From Gemmatimonadales bacterium (GTDB lineage Bacteria; Gemmatimonadota; Gemmatimonadetes; Gemmatimonadales; GWC2-71-9), in the NCBI GenBank assembly GCA_041615815.1, contig JBFJCP010000018.1, forward strand, positions 1 through 64,000: a stretch of DNA of 64,000 bases, given 5' to 3'. Below, piece after piece: positions 1 to 9,103 of the stretch (positions are counted from its first letter, which is position 1; the number at the start of each line of letters is the position of its first letter). The notes under the pieces are model-generated. The model was not told the origin of the DNA. It saw only the letters and a list, made by a program, of their open reading frames with translations, and did not search any database. The translations under genes and the position numbers were made by a program.

Positions 1-106
1 CGGCGGAGCGTACGCGACGCGAAGCGCGGTCGAGCGGCCCGTGGCCGCTCACCCCGGGCCTACCCCCGCGGGGGTAGGCCATCACCCCTTACTTGCGGAG
101 GCAGAC

Positions 107-280
107 ATGCCGACCAGGAAAAGGACACGTCGCGCAACGAGCAAAAGCGCGAAAGCCCCCAAGAGGCGTCGCCGCACGGCGCGCCGTCGCACGACCGCCA
201 AGGCCGCCAAGCGGACCACCAAGCGTCGTGCTACCCGGAAGAAGGCAACGAAAAAAGCGGCCCGCCGGAAAAAACGCTAG
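107..280 (+). CDS. Protamine/histone H1-like basic protein (57 aa)
   Basis: ATG at 107 with GGAGG at 97-101; 31 of 57 residues are K/R, no acidic residues; followed by a strong terminator. Confidence 0.75.
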   Translation: MPTRKRTRRATSKSAKAPKRRRRTARRRTTAKAAKRTTKRRATRKKATKKAARRKKR

Positions 281-300
281 CCGCAGGACTTCTTCTCGTT

Positions 301-345
301 ACGTTGCACCCTGGGGTCGGCACGCTGCCGACCCCGCAACGTTTT
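301..345 (+). terminator. Intrinsic terminator hairpin between convergent genes
   Basis: ACGTTGC-accct-GGGGTCGGCA-cgc-TGCCGACCCC-GCAACGT followed by T-run. Confidence 0.7.
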
Positions 346-349
346 CGGG

Positions 350-1153
350 TCAGGGTTTCACGGCCAGAAACCACCCGGGGCTGCTTCCCCCACGACTGAT
401 TTCCACCTGCCAATCGTGGTACTGACGCCGGAGCGTGTCGAAGGAAAGCGGCGCGTCCGCTCGTCCACGCCCTTGGAGGAGGATGAGGTGCATGCCGCTG
501 CGTGGGGTACGGTGTTGGAGGGTCTCGATAAACCGCTCGCGGGCCGTCCGGGTCAGGGTGGTAATCGTCGTCGGATCCACCACGGCGAGGCTGGGCTCGA
601 CATCCGGGAACCACTCTCCCAGGTTGACGACCAAGGCCTGGAAATCGCGCGACAACGCCTCGGCCGCCGCTCGCGTCTCGGTGGACTCGACCGATGAGAG
701 CTGCCGGTCGATGAAGACGACGGGCCAATCGTGGGCGGCCAGATAGAAGCACGCCGGGGCCGCGCCAGCGCCGACCACGAGTGCCACATCGGTGCCTGCC
801 GCCGCCGCGAGCCCCGCCAGCGGCGTGTTCCGATCCAACCCCCAGTGCGTGGGCTCCCGTTGCGCTCGCCGAAGCCGGAGGTGCCGCTCGCGCCAGCGGC
901 GAAACGGCGGCAGGTTGAGGCGTCGCATGATCAGTCGATCGACGTGCTCGAGCATGAGCACCTCGGTCAAGACGAGCTGGCCCTCGGGCCCGACCTCGAG
1001 CTCGCGCACGGCCTCGTCCGCGAGATTGAGAAGCTCCTCCCGCGACAGCTGGTTCTTGAATTCCTCGATGCGCTCGAGGATGAACTCCCCATACTCCTGT
1101 CGGAGGGATTGTTGGCGCTCAGCGCGGCGACGGTACCGTGGCTCGGTCAGCAC
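350..1153 (-). CDS. Hypothetical protein: helical N-terminal domain plus degenerate class I SAM-methyltransferase-like fold
   Basis: 267-aa ORF overlapping the stop of the upstream CDF gene; ALVVGAGA...YLA...VVFID resembles motif I/II of Rossmann methyltransferases. Confidence 0.6.
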   Translation of the reverse strand: MLTEPRYRRRAERQQSLRQEYGEFILERIEEFKNQLSREELLNLADEAVRELEVGPEGQLVLTEVLMLEHVDRLIMRRLNLPPFRRWRERHLRLRRAQREPTHWGLDRNTPLAGLAAAAGTDVALVVGAGAAPACFYLAAHDWPVVFIDRQLSSVESTETRAAAEALSRDFQALVVNLGEWFPDVEPSLAVVDPTTITTLTRTARERFIETLQHRTPRSGMHLILLQGRGRADAPLSFDTLRRQYHDWQVEISRGGSSPGWFLAVKP

Positions 1154-2025
1154 GGTTCGATATGCACGATCACTTGATGCAGGCGGAGCTCCTGCCGCAG
1201 CTGTAGCTCGACGGCGTCCGCAATGCGGTGCGCCGATTCGACGCTGGCATTGCCATCCACGGCGATGGTCAATTCCGCGAACCGTTGATCGTGAGATTCG
1301 CGCGACCGAATGTCATATGCCTGTACCACCCCCGGAATGTGCTCGGCGACCGCCTGGATGTCGGGCGATGGGACCGCGTGCCGATCCACGAGCACCGGGA
1401 CCGACCGGGCGACGATTCCATATGCCAACCAGACGATGACGCCGGCCACCACCATTGCCACGATTGGATCAGCATACCAGTACCCCCCTCGGGCGAGGAG
1501 GACCCCCGCAAGGACCCCAGTCGTAATGAACACGTCCGCCTTGGTATGGGCGGCGTCGGCGAGGAGGATCTCGCTGTTGAGCTGGCGGCCGCGCCGCGAT
1601 TCGTAGGTGGCGACGAACGTGTTGACAACGAGCGTGCCCGCGAGCACGGCGATTTGCGTGCTGCTGATCTCCAAGGGACGGGGTCCCGCGGCAAGCCGGG
1701 TCACCGCGCCCTTCACGAGCTCGAACCCACTCACCGACAGAAAGACGACGATCGCGAGGGCGCCGAGGGTCTCGAACTTCCCGTGTCCGTAAGGATGATC
1801 CTCATCCGGCTCGCGCGCCGCGACCCACATCACGGCCAACGCGAGGACGTTGTTCATCGCGTCCACCGCGGAATGGACCCCGTCGCCCAGCACGGCCAGC
1901 GACCCCGTGGCAGTGCCGATCAGGAACTTGGCTCCGACGACCGCGACGTTGGCGACGAGGATGCCAACCAGAACACGCTGGATCCGAGCAGAACGGTCGC
2001 GCCCCTGGGCGCGGGCGAGGGACAT
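1147..2025 (-). CDS. Cation diffusion facilitator (FieF-like) transporter
   Basis: SLAVLGDGVHSAVD, PDEDHPYGHGKFE, ADAAHTKAD motifs; 6 TM segments; C-terminal dimerisation domain ending HIEP. Confidence 0.93.
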   Translation of the reverse strand: MSLARAQGRDRSARIQRVLVGILVANVAVVGAKFLIGTATGSLAVLGDGVHSAVDAMNNVLALAVMWVAAREPDEDHPYGHGKFETLGALAIVVFLSVSGFELVKGAVTRLAAGPRPLEISSTQIAVLAGTLVVNTFVATYESRRGRQLNSEILLADAAHTKADVFITTGVLAGVLLARGGYWYADPIVAMVVAGVIVWLAYGIVARSVPVLVDRHAVPSPDIQAVAEHIPGVVQAYDIRSRESHDQRFAELTIAVDGNASVESAHRIADAVELQLRQELRLHQVIVHIEPC

Positions 2026-2079
2026 GATGGTGCAAGCTCGCGACGCCCGATGAGCGTGTCAACAGTCCCGGAAGTGTTT

Positions 2080-2240
2080 GTGGCACAACGAGCTGAGGCC
2101 ATCGCGCGTTGGGCGACCCGACGAGACGCCGGATTCTCGAGCTCCTTGCGACCGGGATCTCACGGCCGGTGAGATCGCCAGTCAATTCCCGATCGCGTGC
2201 GCCTCGGTGGCACACCACCTGGGGGTGCTCCGCGCCGCCC
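2080..2240 (+). pseudogene. Frameshifted, truncated ArsR/SmtB (SdpR-like) HTH remnant
   Basis: Joining frames gives ALGDPTRRRILELL/xDRDLTAGEIASQFPIACASVAHHLGVLRAA; frameshift near 2147; no wing or C-terminal helix before the rlmI-like stop at 2258. Confidence 0.7.
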
Positions 2241-2257
2241 TCCCGGGCAGACCTGAA

Positions 2258-3417
2258 TCACGTTGCCCGGACGAGCGCACCCTTGAGATAGCCGGTTTCC
2301 GGAATCGTCAGCACCTCCGGGTGATCGCGGCCTTGGCCCACCAATCGCTCGAGTGTCAATACGCGCCGGCTGTCCGCGGCGGCATCGCGCAGCATGTCGA
2401 CAAACCGCGCGCGGGTCATGTGGAACGAGCAAGAGCAGGTCAGGAGGGTTCCACCGGGTCGAAGCAGTCTTCCCGCCCTGAGGTTCAGCTCTTTGTACGC
2501 GCCCAGAGCCCGAGCTACGGCGCCCCGCTGTTTGGCAAAGGCCGGGGATCGAGGACGATCGTATCGAATCGCTCGTCGGTTCGCTCCAGCTCCCGCACGA
2601 GATCAAACACATTCCCCTCCAGCCACTCGACGTTTGTTCGTCCGTTGAGTGCCGCATTCTCCCGTGCCATCTGGAGTGCCGGACCGCTCGAGTCCACGGC
2701 GAGCACGTGTTCGGTTCGATGGGCCATGTGGAGTGCGAATAGTCCTTGATAGGTGAAGAGATCGAGGGCTCGGCCACGAGCCACCTCCGCCATCAAGTGG
2801 CGGTTCTCCCGTTGATCCAGAAAGGCCCCCGTTTTCTGTCCCTCCCGGAGGTTCACGCGGTACCGAACGGATCCTTCCCGGACCTCCACGGAGTCTGGCA
2901 CGGTCCCGACGACCTCTTCGACGTCCAGCGACAGGGCTTCATGGCGTCGTACGGACGCATCGTTGCGCAACAGCACGCCTCGGGGCTGCAGCACGGCTTC
3001 CAGGGCGGCGAGGACATTCCCCCGATGCGCCTCCAATCCGGCTGAGAGGAACTGCGCGACCACGTATTCGCCGTAGCGGTCCACGACCAACGAGGGCAGC
3101 CCATCGGCTTCCCCGTGAACCACGCGGTAGGCGGTGGCATCGATGCCGAGGTTGTAGCGGCGGTCCGCGGCGCGCTGAATCGCTGATTCCCACCACGAGC
3201 GATCGATGGAAACGTCTGCGCCGGTGAGAAACCGAAGTCGGATTTCCGAGGACGGGCTCCACAACGCACAACCCAGGAACCGGCCGCGCTCGTCGCAAAC
3301 CCGCACGATATCGGGAGGCAATGCGGCATCGTCCACGTCGGACCGATATATCCACGGGTGACCGCCGCGCCAACGCTTTGCTCCACGGCTCGATATGGTG
3401 ACCGCGCAATCCGTCAT
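2258..3417 (-). CDS. rlmI: RlmI-like class I SAM-dependent rRNA methyltransferase, with a 1-nt frameshift at about 2544-2547
   Basis: PUA-like GHPWIY, GEADGLPSLVVDRY, GQKTGAFLDQRENR; after IVLDP the other frame continues PAFAK...YKELN...TCSCSFH...DHPEVLTIPETGYLK to TGA at 2258; start ATG overlaps the aroH stop. Confidence 0.85.
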
Positions 3418-3770
3418 CGATCGGGGCGCAGCGTTTGGGCGTCGCGCAAATACACATGCCTGATTTGGGTGGACCGGCGCTCGGTGTTGATGTGGACCAG
3501 CGCGCGTATGCAGCGGGGAAGCCCGTGCGGCACGGCCATCTCGGTGGCCCCGAGGAGTGCGACCTCGGTCCACCCGAGGTCGCGGGCGGCACGGGCGGGA
3601 TACTCGCTGGTGATGTCTGGTGTTACCGTCAAGATGACGCTGGCGATATCCTTCACCTGAATGTCGTTGGCGGCGACCATGGCCTCCAGGAGCTCACGCG
3701 TGGCGGCACGGACGAGCTCTGGACGGTCCTCCGCGACTACCGTCGCTCCGCGTATTCCCCGAACGGGCAT
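3414..3770 (-). CDS. aroH: Chorismate mutase, AroH (Bacillus-type) class
   Basis: VRGIRGAT, T.DI..xYPARAAR, EM.VP.GLPRCIR, HVYL..A..LRPD motifs. Confidence 0.93.
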   Translation of the reverse strand: MPVRGIRGATVVAEDRPELVRAATRELLEAMVAANDIQVKDIASVILTVTPDITSEYPARAARDLGWTEVALLGATEMAVPHGLPRCIRALVHINTERRSTQIRHVYLRDAQTLRPDR

Positions 3771-3782
3771 CGATCACGTCTC

Positions 3783-4409
3783 ATGTCAGTGGATGTTGCG
3801 CTGTTGGCGATTGCCGGTCCCCCGGTCCTCCCGGAAACGGAACTAGTCGCTGCGTGTCGGGCGGCGGCTGCCGGGGGTGTGACCGCCATCCAAGTGCGTC
3901 ACAAGGCCGCATCGGCATCCGCGCTTCTCCGGGTTACCCAGGAAATCTGTCGGGCGGTCTCACTTCCCGTCTACGTCAACGACCGCGCCGATGTGGCGCT
4001 CGCCGCGTCCGCGGCCGGCGTGCATCTGGGTCCGGAGGACGTTCCGGCAAGGATCGTCCGCTACTTCGCTCCCAGACCGTTTCGGATCGGCGTATCGGTG
4101 GGCACGCCGGAAGAAGCGCGCCTCGTACACGATGCAGACGTTGATTATTGGAGCATCGGGTCCGTGTACGCCACCGACACCAAACTGGACGCAGGCCAGC
4201 CCATCGGCGTGGATGGTTTTCAGAAGTTAGCCGCGCTCGCGCCTCCGGGTATGCCCACGATCGCCATCGGTGGGATTACTCCCAAGAATGCGGCGGGAAT
4301 CCTGAGCGCCGGAGCCAGCGGCATCGCCGTCAGCCGCGCCGTTTTTGGTGCTACCGACATCGAAGGTGCGGCTCGAGCGCTGTCAGAGATCGTGCGGTCC
4401 CACCACTGA
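3783..4409 (+). CDS. thiE: Thiamine phosphate synthase
   Basis: IQVRHK, VNDRADVA, GVHLGPED, IGVS, Y.T.TK, IAIGGIT, GIAVSRA motifs; probable ATG at 3783. Confidence 0.9.
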   Translation: MSVDVALLAIAGPPVLPETELVAACRAAAAGGVTAIQVRHKAASASALLRVTQEICRAVSLPVYVNDRADVALAASAAGVHLGPEDVPARIVRYFAPRPFRIGVSVGTPEEARLVHDADVDYWSIGSVYATDTKLDAGQPIGVDGFQKLAALAPPGMPTIAIGGITPKNAAGILSAGASGIAVSRAVFGATDIEGAARALSEIVRSHH

Positions 4410-4457
4410 TGCCTGCCCGCGACCGGTGACGGTCACCGTTCGGGGGGTCGGGTGGTC

Positions 4458-5429
4458 CTATCCCTGCCGATTTTCCAACCGTCGGACTTCTCGGACGGCG
4501 GCATTGTGTTCCCTGAGCGTGCGCGAGAAGACGTGTTTCCCATCGGGGCGAGCCACGAAATACAGGAAGTTGGTCTCCGCCGGATACAGCGCGGCGGACA
4601 AGCTCTCCGTGGACGGTTGGCTAATGGGTCCTGGTGGGAGTCCGTTGATCAGGTATGTGTTGTACGGCGACACCGTCTCGTAGTCACGTTCAAACAGGCG
4701 TCGGCGTCGGCCCAGAGCATAGATGACGGTGGGGTCTGCCTGCAGCCGCATCCCCCGGCGGAGACGGTTGTGGTAGACGGACGAAACGAACTGCCGGTCG
4801 GGGGCGTACCGCACTTCCCCTTCGATGATCGATGCGAGAATCACCAGCTCGGCTCGCGTCATCCCCAACGAGTCGAGGCGCGAGTTCCACCGAGGCTCCC
4901 AACGGGCTTCGAACTCGTCCACCATGCGTCTGACCACATCCAGGGCGGACGCGTTCACGGGAACGCGGTACGTACTCGGGTAGAGATATCCCTCGAGCGT
5001 GGGCGCCGTGGCCCCCACCCGATGGCGGAGGACACTGTCCGCAGCAGCCGCCAGCAGGCTCTCAGCCGGGATGCCGAGCTGCCGCTCCACCGAGGCCGCA
5101 ACCTCGGCTAGCATGAGTCCCTCCGGCAGCAGGAGACGCTCTTCGACTACGCGCCCATGGACCAGGATGTCCAGGACGCGCCGAACGCTGGCGCCTTCGG
5201 GAACTTCGAAGGTCCCGGCTTGAATCCGCCGCTCCCGGCCGGATGCCTTGGCGTAGAATCGAAAGAGTGCGGCTGACCTGACGAGATCCCGGGCGGCCAG
5301 CGTGTCGGCCACGGCGCCGAGGCCAGCTCCCCGCGGAATCGTGATCCGGTGGCGGTCGCCAGACACCTCCGGTGCTTTGCAGGCCAGGATCCCGGGAGCA
5401 GCGAGCAAGAGGAGGGCGGCGCGCCTCAT
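4458..5429 (-). CDS. mltG: Endolytic transglycosylase MltG (YceG)
   Basis: LEGYLYPSTY, ASIIEGE (catalytic Glu), NRL..GM.LQADPT, SPYNTY..GLPPGPI, YFVA. Confidence 0.93.
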   Translation of the reverse strand: MRRAALLLLAAPGILACKAPEVSGDRHRITIPRGAGLGAVADTLAARDLVRSAALFRFYAKASGRERRIQAGTFEVPEGASVRRVLDILVHGRVVEERLLLPEGLMLAEVAASVERQLGIPAESLLAAAADSVLRHRVGATAPTLEGYLYPSTYRVPVNASALDVVRRMVDEFEARWEPRWNSRLDSLGMTRAELVILASIIEGEVRYAPDRQFVSSVYHNRLRRGMRLQADPTVIYALGRRRRLFERDYETVSPYNTYLINGLPPGPISQPSTESLSAALYPAETNFLYFVARPDGKHVFSRTLREHNAAVREVRRLENRQG

Positions 5430-5926
5430 CGGCGCCGCGCGTCGAGATAGGTCTGGAGCAGGACCACGGCCGCCAGCTGGTCCACATCCCCTTCACGGCC
5501 TCGGCGGCGCCCGCCAAGCTCGCGCATGGCGCCCAACGCCCGCGCCGTCGTCATGCGTTCGTCGTACAATGCCACGGGGAGTCCGGTAACTGTGGCGATC
5601 AGGTGGCCAAGCGCCCGGACGGCATCGGTGGCCGGGGTCTCTCCTCCCTCCCCGCTGAGCGGAAGTCCGACGACGATGCCGGTGGGCTGGTGCTCCTCGA
5701 GGTGCTTGCGGAACTGTCGCATGGGGAATCGCTTGCCGGCTCGTCGCGTGAGGGTCGCGAGCGGCTGCGCGATGTGTTGGGAAGGGTCGGAAATGGCCAG
5801 ACCGATGCGCTTGGTGCCCCAGTCCACGGCCAACAGGCGGCCGATGGTAGGAAGGTCGAATGTTGGAAGGTCGGTGGACCGAACTGACTGACCTTCCGTT
5901 TGTCCGTCCTTCCCTCGTGTACTCAC
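5426..5926 (-). CDS. ruvX: YqgF/RuvX pre-16S rRNA nuclease
   Basis: [44 protein letters not shown] overlaps the rho stop, true start uncertain. Confidence 0.92.
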   Translation of the reverse strand: MSTRGKDGQTEGQSVRSTDLPTFDLPTIGRLLAVDWGTKRIGLAISDPSQHIAQPLATLTRRAGKRFPMRQFRKHLEEHQPTGIVVGLPLSGEGGETPATDAVRALGHLIATVTGLPVALYDERMTTARALGAMRELGGRRRGREGDVDQLAAVVLLQTYLDARRR

Positions 5927-7173
5927 CCCTGCTGCATCGTTGCGAAGAACTCTTTGTTGTTCTTCGTCCGCTTCATTCGCTCGAGGAGGAATTCGATGGC
6001 CTCGACGGGCGGCATGTCGGCGAGGAAGTTGCGGAGGAGATAGACTTTGTTCAACTCCTCCTTATCGAGCAGCAGCTCCTCCTTCCGGGTGGAGCTCCGT
6101 TGGACATCGATGGCCGGGTAGATGCGCCGGTCTGCGATCCGCCGATCCAGCACCAGCTCCATGTTTCCCGTTCCCTTGAACTCCTCGAAGATGACCTCGT
6201 CCATGCGGCTCCCAGTCTCAATGAGCGCGGTGGCGATGATCGTGAGCGAACCGCCGCTTTCGATGTTCCGGGCCGCTCCAAAAAAGCGCTTGGGTTTCTG
6301 CAGCGCGTTCGCATCCACTCCGCCGGACAGGATCTTGCCCGAATGCGGCACGACGACGTTGTGGGCCCTGGCGAGACGGGTGATGGAATCCAGCAGAATG
6401 ACGACGTCCCGCTTGTGTTCGACGAGACGGCGGGCTTTTTCGATGACCATGTCCGCCACCTGGACGTGTCGGTCTGCCGGCTCGTCGAAGGTCGAGGAGA
6501 TCACCTCGGCCTGGACGTTCTCCTCCATGTCGGTCACTTCTTCGGGTCGCTCGTCGATGAGGAGGACGATGAGGACGGCGTCCGGGTGGTTTTCGGTGAT
6601 CGAATTCGCGATCTTCTGAAGGAGGATGGTCTTCCCGGCCTTTGGCGGTGCGACGATCAATCCGCGCTGCCCAAACCCCAGAGGGGTCAGAAGGTCCATC
6701 ACCCGCATCGACAGATCGGCGTCTTCGCGTTCCATGCGAACGCGACGATCGGGGTAGCGGGGGCGGAGGTTGTCGAAGGCGATCCGGTGTTTCGCCTTGT
6801 CCGGCTCCTCGAAGTTGACCTTCTCGACCTTGAGGAGAGCTAAATAGCGCTCACCCTCTTTCGGGGGTCGAACCTGGCCGAGCACGGTGTCGCCGGTACG
6901 CAGGTCGAACCGCTTGATCTGGCTCGGACTCACGTAGATGTCGTCCGGGCCATACAGGTAGTTCCAGTCCTGACTGCGCAGGAACCCGTACCCTTCGGGG
7001 AGGATCTCGAGCACGCCCTCGCCCCGAAGCACCGTATCGGAGTCGAGCAGGGATTGTTCGATGCGGAAAATGAGGTCCTGCTTCCGAAGACCGGAGTAGT
7101 TGGTGATGTTCAACTCCTCGGCCATTCGGTGGAGTTCCTTGACAGATTTCTTCTTCAGCTCAGCGATGTCCAC
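5923..7173 (-). CDS. rho: Transcription termination factor Rho
   Basis: [60 protein letters not shown]. Confidence 0.99.
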   Translation of the reverse strand: MDIAELKKKSVKELHRMAEELNITNYSGLRKQDLIFRIEQSLLDSDTVLRGEGVLEILPEGYGFLRSQDWNYLYGPDDIYVSPSQIKRFDLRTGDTVLGQVRPPKEGERYLALLKVEKVNFEEPDKAKHRIAFDNLRPRYPDRRVRMEREDADLSMRVMDLLTPLGFGQRGLIVAPPKAGKTILLQKIANSITENHPDAVLIVLLIDERPEEVTDMEENVQAEVISSTFDEPADRHVQVADMVIEKARRLVEHKRDVVILLDSITRLARAHNVVVPHSGKILSGGVDANALQKPKRFFGAARNIESGGSLTIIATALIETGSRMDEVIFEEFKGTGNMELVLDRRIADRRIYPAIDVQRSSTRKEELLLDKEELNKVYLLRNFLADMPPVEAIEFLLERMKRTKNNKEFFATMQQG

Positions 7174-7315
7174 GGGACTGGGACTCCATTACGACGGAGG
7201 GTTGGTTGAAAATCGACGGCGGTGTGGCCCGGACCTGGGGCGCACGGAATGTGCGATCGATATGATTGCGCGAGTTGGCTTTCTGGGATTAGGCAGATGT
7301 GCAGTTGTAAGGGGC

Positions 7316-7344
7316 ATATTATCGTGAGCAGCCGGAACCGTCAA
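7316..7344 (-). promoter_or_regulatory. Sigma70-type promoter of the rho operon
   Basis: Minus strand TTGACG (7344-7339), 17-nt spacer, TAATAT (7321-7316). Confidence 0.65.
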
Positions 7345-7352
7345 GTGGGACC

Positions 7353-8474
7353 ATGAGCTCGCTCGCCAAGTACTTCACGTTCTGGCGTACTACCGTGGTC
7401 CGCGATCGGGAGATCGTGGACGCCGTCGTCCACCCCGACCACCGGGGGCCTTCACCCGAGCTCGAGGCCGCGCTCGAGTCGTGGCCCGGGGCTCGATACT
7501 GGGCGGAGGGGGATGGGGCGGGGCGCTTGATCCTCATTCGGACCCTGGCACGGCCCGCTCCCGAGCGGTGGTGGCTGCATGTGGCCCTCTTCGCCGCCAC
7601 CTTTCTCACCGTGTGGGTGGGTGGCGCGATCATCGCCGGAGCCGTGCCTCCCACGCTTCCCCCCATCGGCAGCGTGCTTTCTCCCGGACCCGGGCTCATG
7701 GATTGGCTGTCCGATCTCCGTCCGGGGCTGGGATTCGCCGGCGGGCTCATGGCCATCCTGTTGGTCCACGAGCTGGGGCACTACGTGCGGGCCAAGCGCT
7801 ACGGAATCGACACGTCTCCTCCTTACTTCCTACCCTGGCCCCCCTACCTATTCCTCAATCTCATCGGCACGTTTGGCGCGTTCATCCGGCTGCGAAGCCC
7901 CATCGTGGATCGGCGGCAATTAGTGGATATCGCGGCCGCCGGACCGTGGGCGGGGTTCGTGACGGCGCTCGTGGTCCTGGCCATCGGGCTCCCCCTCTCC
8001 GAGGTGACGCACGTCTCCGGTCCCACCCCGCAGGTCTTGATCTTGGCGCCGGGGCTCGGCGAGGTGTACCTGGGAGATTCGCCTGTCATGTACCTCATGC
8101 GGTGGTTGTTCGTCGGGGAGGGCACCGTGGAGCTCCATCCGATCGCCTTCGCCGGATGGTTTGGAATCTTCGTCACGATGCTCAACCTGATGCCCCTGGG
8201 TCAGCTAGATGGCGGGCACGTGCTCTACGCGATCTTCGGGGATCGGCATCGCACGATAGCGCCCCTGCTCTTTCTGGGGGTGGTGCTCCTGGCGGTCGCC
8301 TGGCGTTTTTGGCTGCTCTGGGCGCTCCTGGTGCTCATCCTCGGGCGGGGCCGGCTCTCCCACCCCCCGGTGCTGGATCGGCATCGGCCGCTGTCCACCC
8401 GTCGCAGGCTGCTCGGCTGGGCCACGGTGCTGCTCCTGGCGGCCACCTTTAGCCCCACGCCGCTCCACTGGTAG
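7353..8474 (+). CDS. Site-2 protease (peptidase M50) family membrane metalloprotease
   Basis: HELGH, IGTFGAFIR, IAAAGP, NLMPLGQLDGGH motifs; multiple TM segments. Confidence 0.92.
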   Translation: MSSLAKYFTFWRTTVVRDREIVDAVVHPDHRGPSPELEAALESWPGARYWAEGDGAGRLILIRTLARPAPERWWLHVALFAATFLTVWVGGAIIAGAVPPTLPPIGSVLSPGPGLMDWLSDLRPGLGFAGGLMAILLVHELGHYVRAKRYGIDTSPPYFLPWPPYLFLNLIGTFGAFIRLRSPIVDRRQLVDIAAAGPWAGFVTALVVLAIGLPLSEVTHVSGPTPQVLILAPGLGEVYLGDSPVMYLMRWLFVGEGTVELHPIAFAGWFGIFVTMLNLMPLGQLDGGHVLYAIFGDRHRTIAPLLFLGVVLLAVAWRFWLLWALLVLILGRGRLSHPPVLDRHRPLSTRRRLLGWATVLLLAATFSPTPLHW

Positions 8475-8476
8475 TA

Positions 8477-8512
8477 TTGCATAAGTCATAGACCCCTTTA
8501 TATTTGCGCAAA
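8477..8512 (+). promoter_or_regulatory. Sigma70-like promoter with overlapping palindrome
   Basis: TTGCAT (8477-8482), 16 nt, TATATT (8499-8504); perfect palindrome TTTGCGCAAA at 8503-8512. Confidence 0.5.
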
Positions 8513-8529
8513 CTTGCGGGGAGCCTCGC

Positions 8530-8817
8530 ATGCCTGGGAGCCCGGTCCGCTACGGCGCGACCGAACCGGGACAACCTGTTCTTCATGAACTCCCGCCGCT
8601 CCAGTACCAGGGGCAGGCGGTGGCCGTATTCGTGGAGGTCAGGCGCGGCCAAGATGGGACGTGGCGGGGTCGTCTGATCTTCGGGGCGGCGGATGACGCC
8701 TCGGCGCCCGCTACGGCGGAGATCTTCTGTGCGGCCACCGAACCCGAGTTCTGGGAGGCGGTCCGCGACCTCCGTGACCATCATCAACGTGATCTTTACC
8801 GGTCGATCGTCGAATGA
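8530..8817 (+). CDS. Hypothetical protein (95 aa)
   Basis: GGGAG RBS; protein-like composition; ATGA overlap with the next gene. Confidence 0.7.
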   Translation: MPGSPVRYGATEPGQPVLHELPPLQYQGQAVAVFVEVRRGQDGTWRGRLIFGAADDASAPATAEIFCAATEPEFWEAVRDLRDHHQRDLYRSIVE

Positions 8818-9014
8818 GCTCCGAGACCGCTGAACGCTTCCGCAAGTTCCGGCACGACATCTCGAATCCCCTGTCCGCCCTCCTAGCCGAAACGCAGCTG
8901 CTGCTTCTCCGCGCCGACAGCCTGGACGAGGAGACCGTGACCTCGCTCAAGGAGATCGAGTCGCTGGCACGGCGCATGCGGGATATGTTGCAGCAGCAGC
9001 AGGCACTGATGTAG
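8814..9014 (+). CDS. Stand-alone HisKA (dimerisation/phospho-acceptor) domain protein (66 aa)
   Basis: FRHDISNPLSALL H-box followed by a second helix; no HATPase domain. Confidence 0.75.
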   Translation: MSSETAERFRKFRHDISNPLSALLAETQLLLLRADSLDEETVTSLKEIESLARRMRDMLQQQQALM

Positions 9015-9103
9015 CGCTGCTCTCGAACACGCTCGAGGTCGGGTTGACGGCACCCGAGCCGAGACCCAACGTAGAGGTTCCTGCCGCAATTCTGGAGTTA
9101 GGC

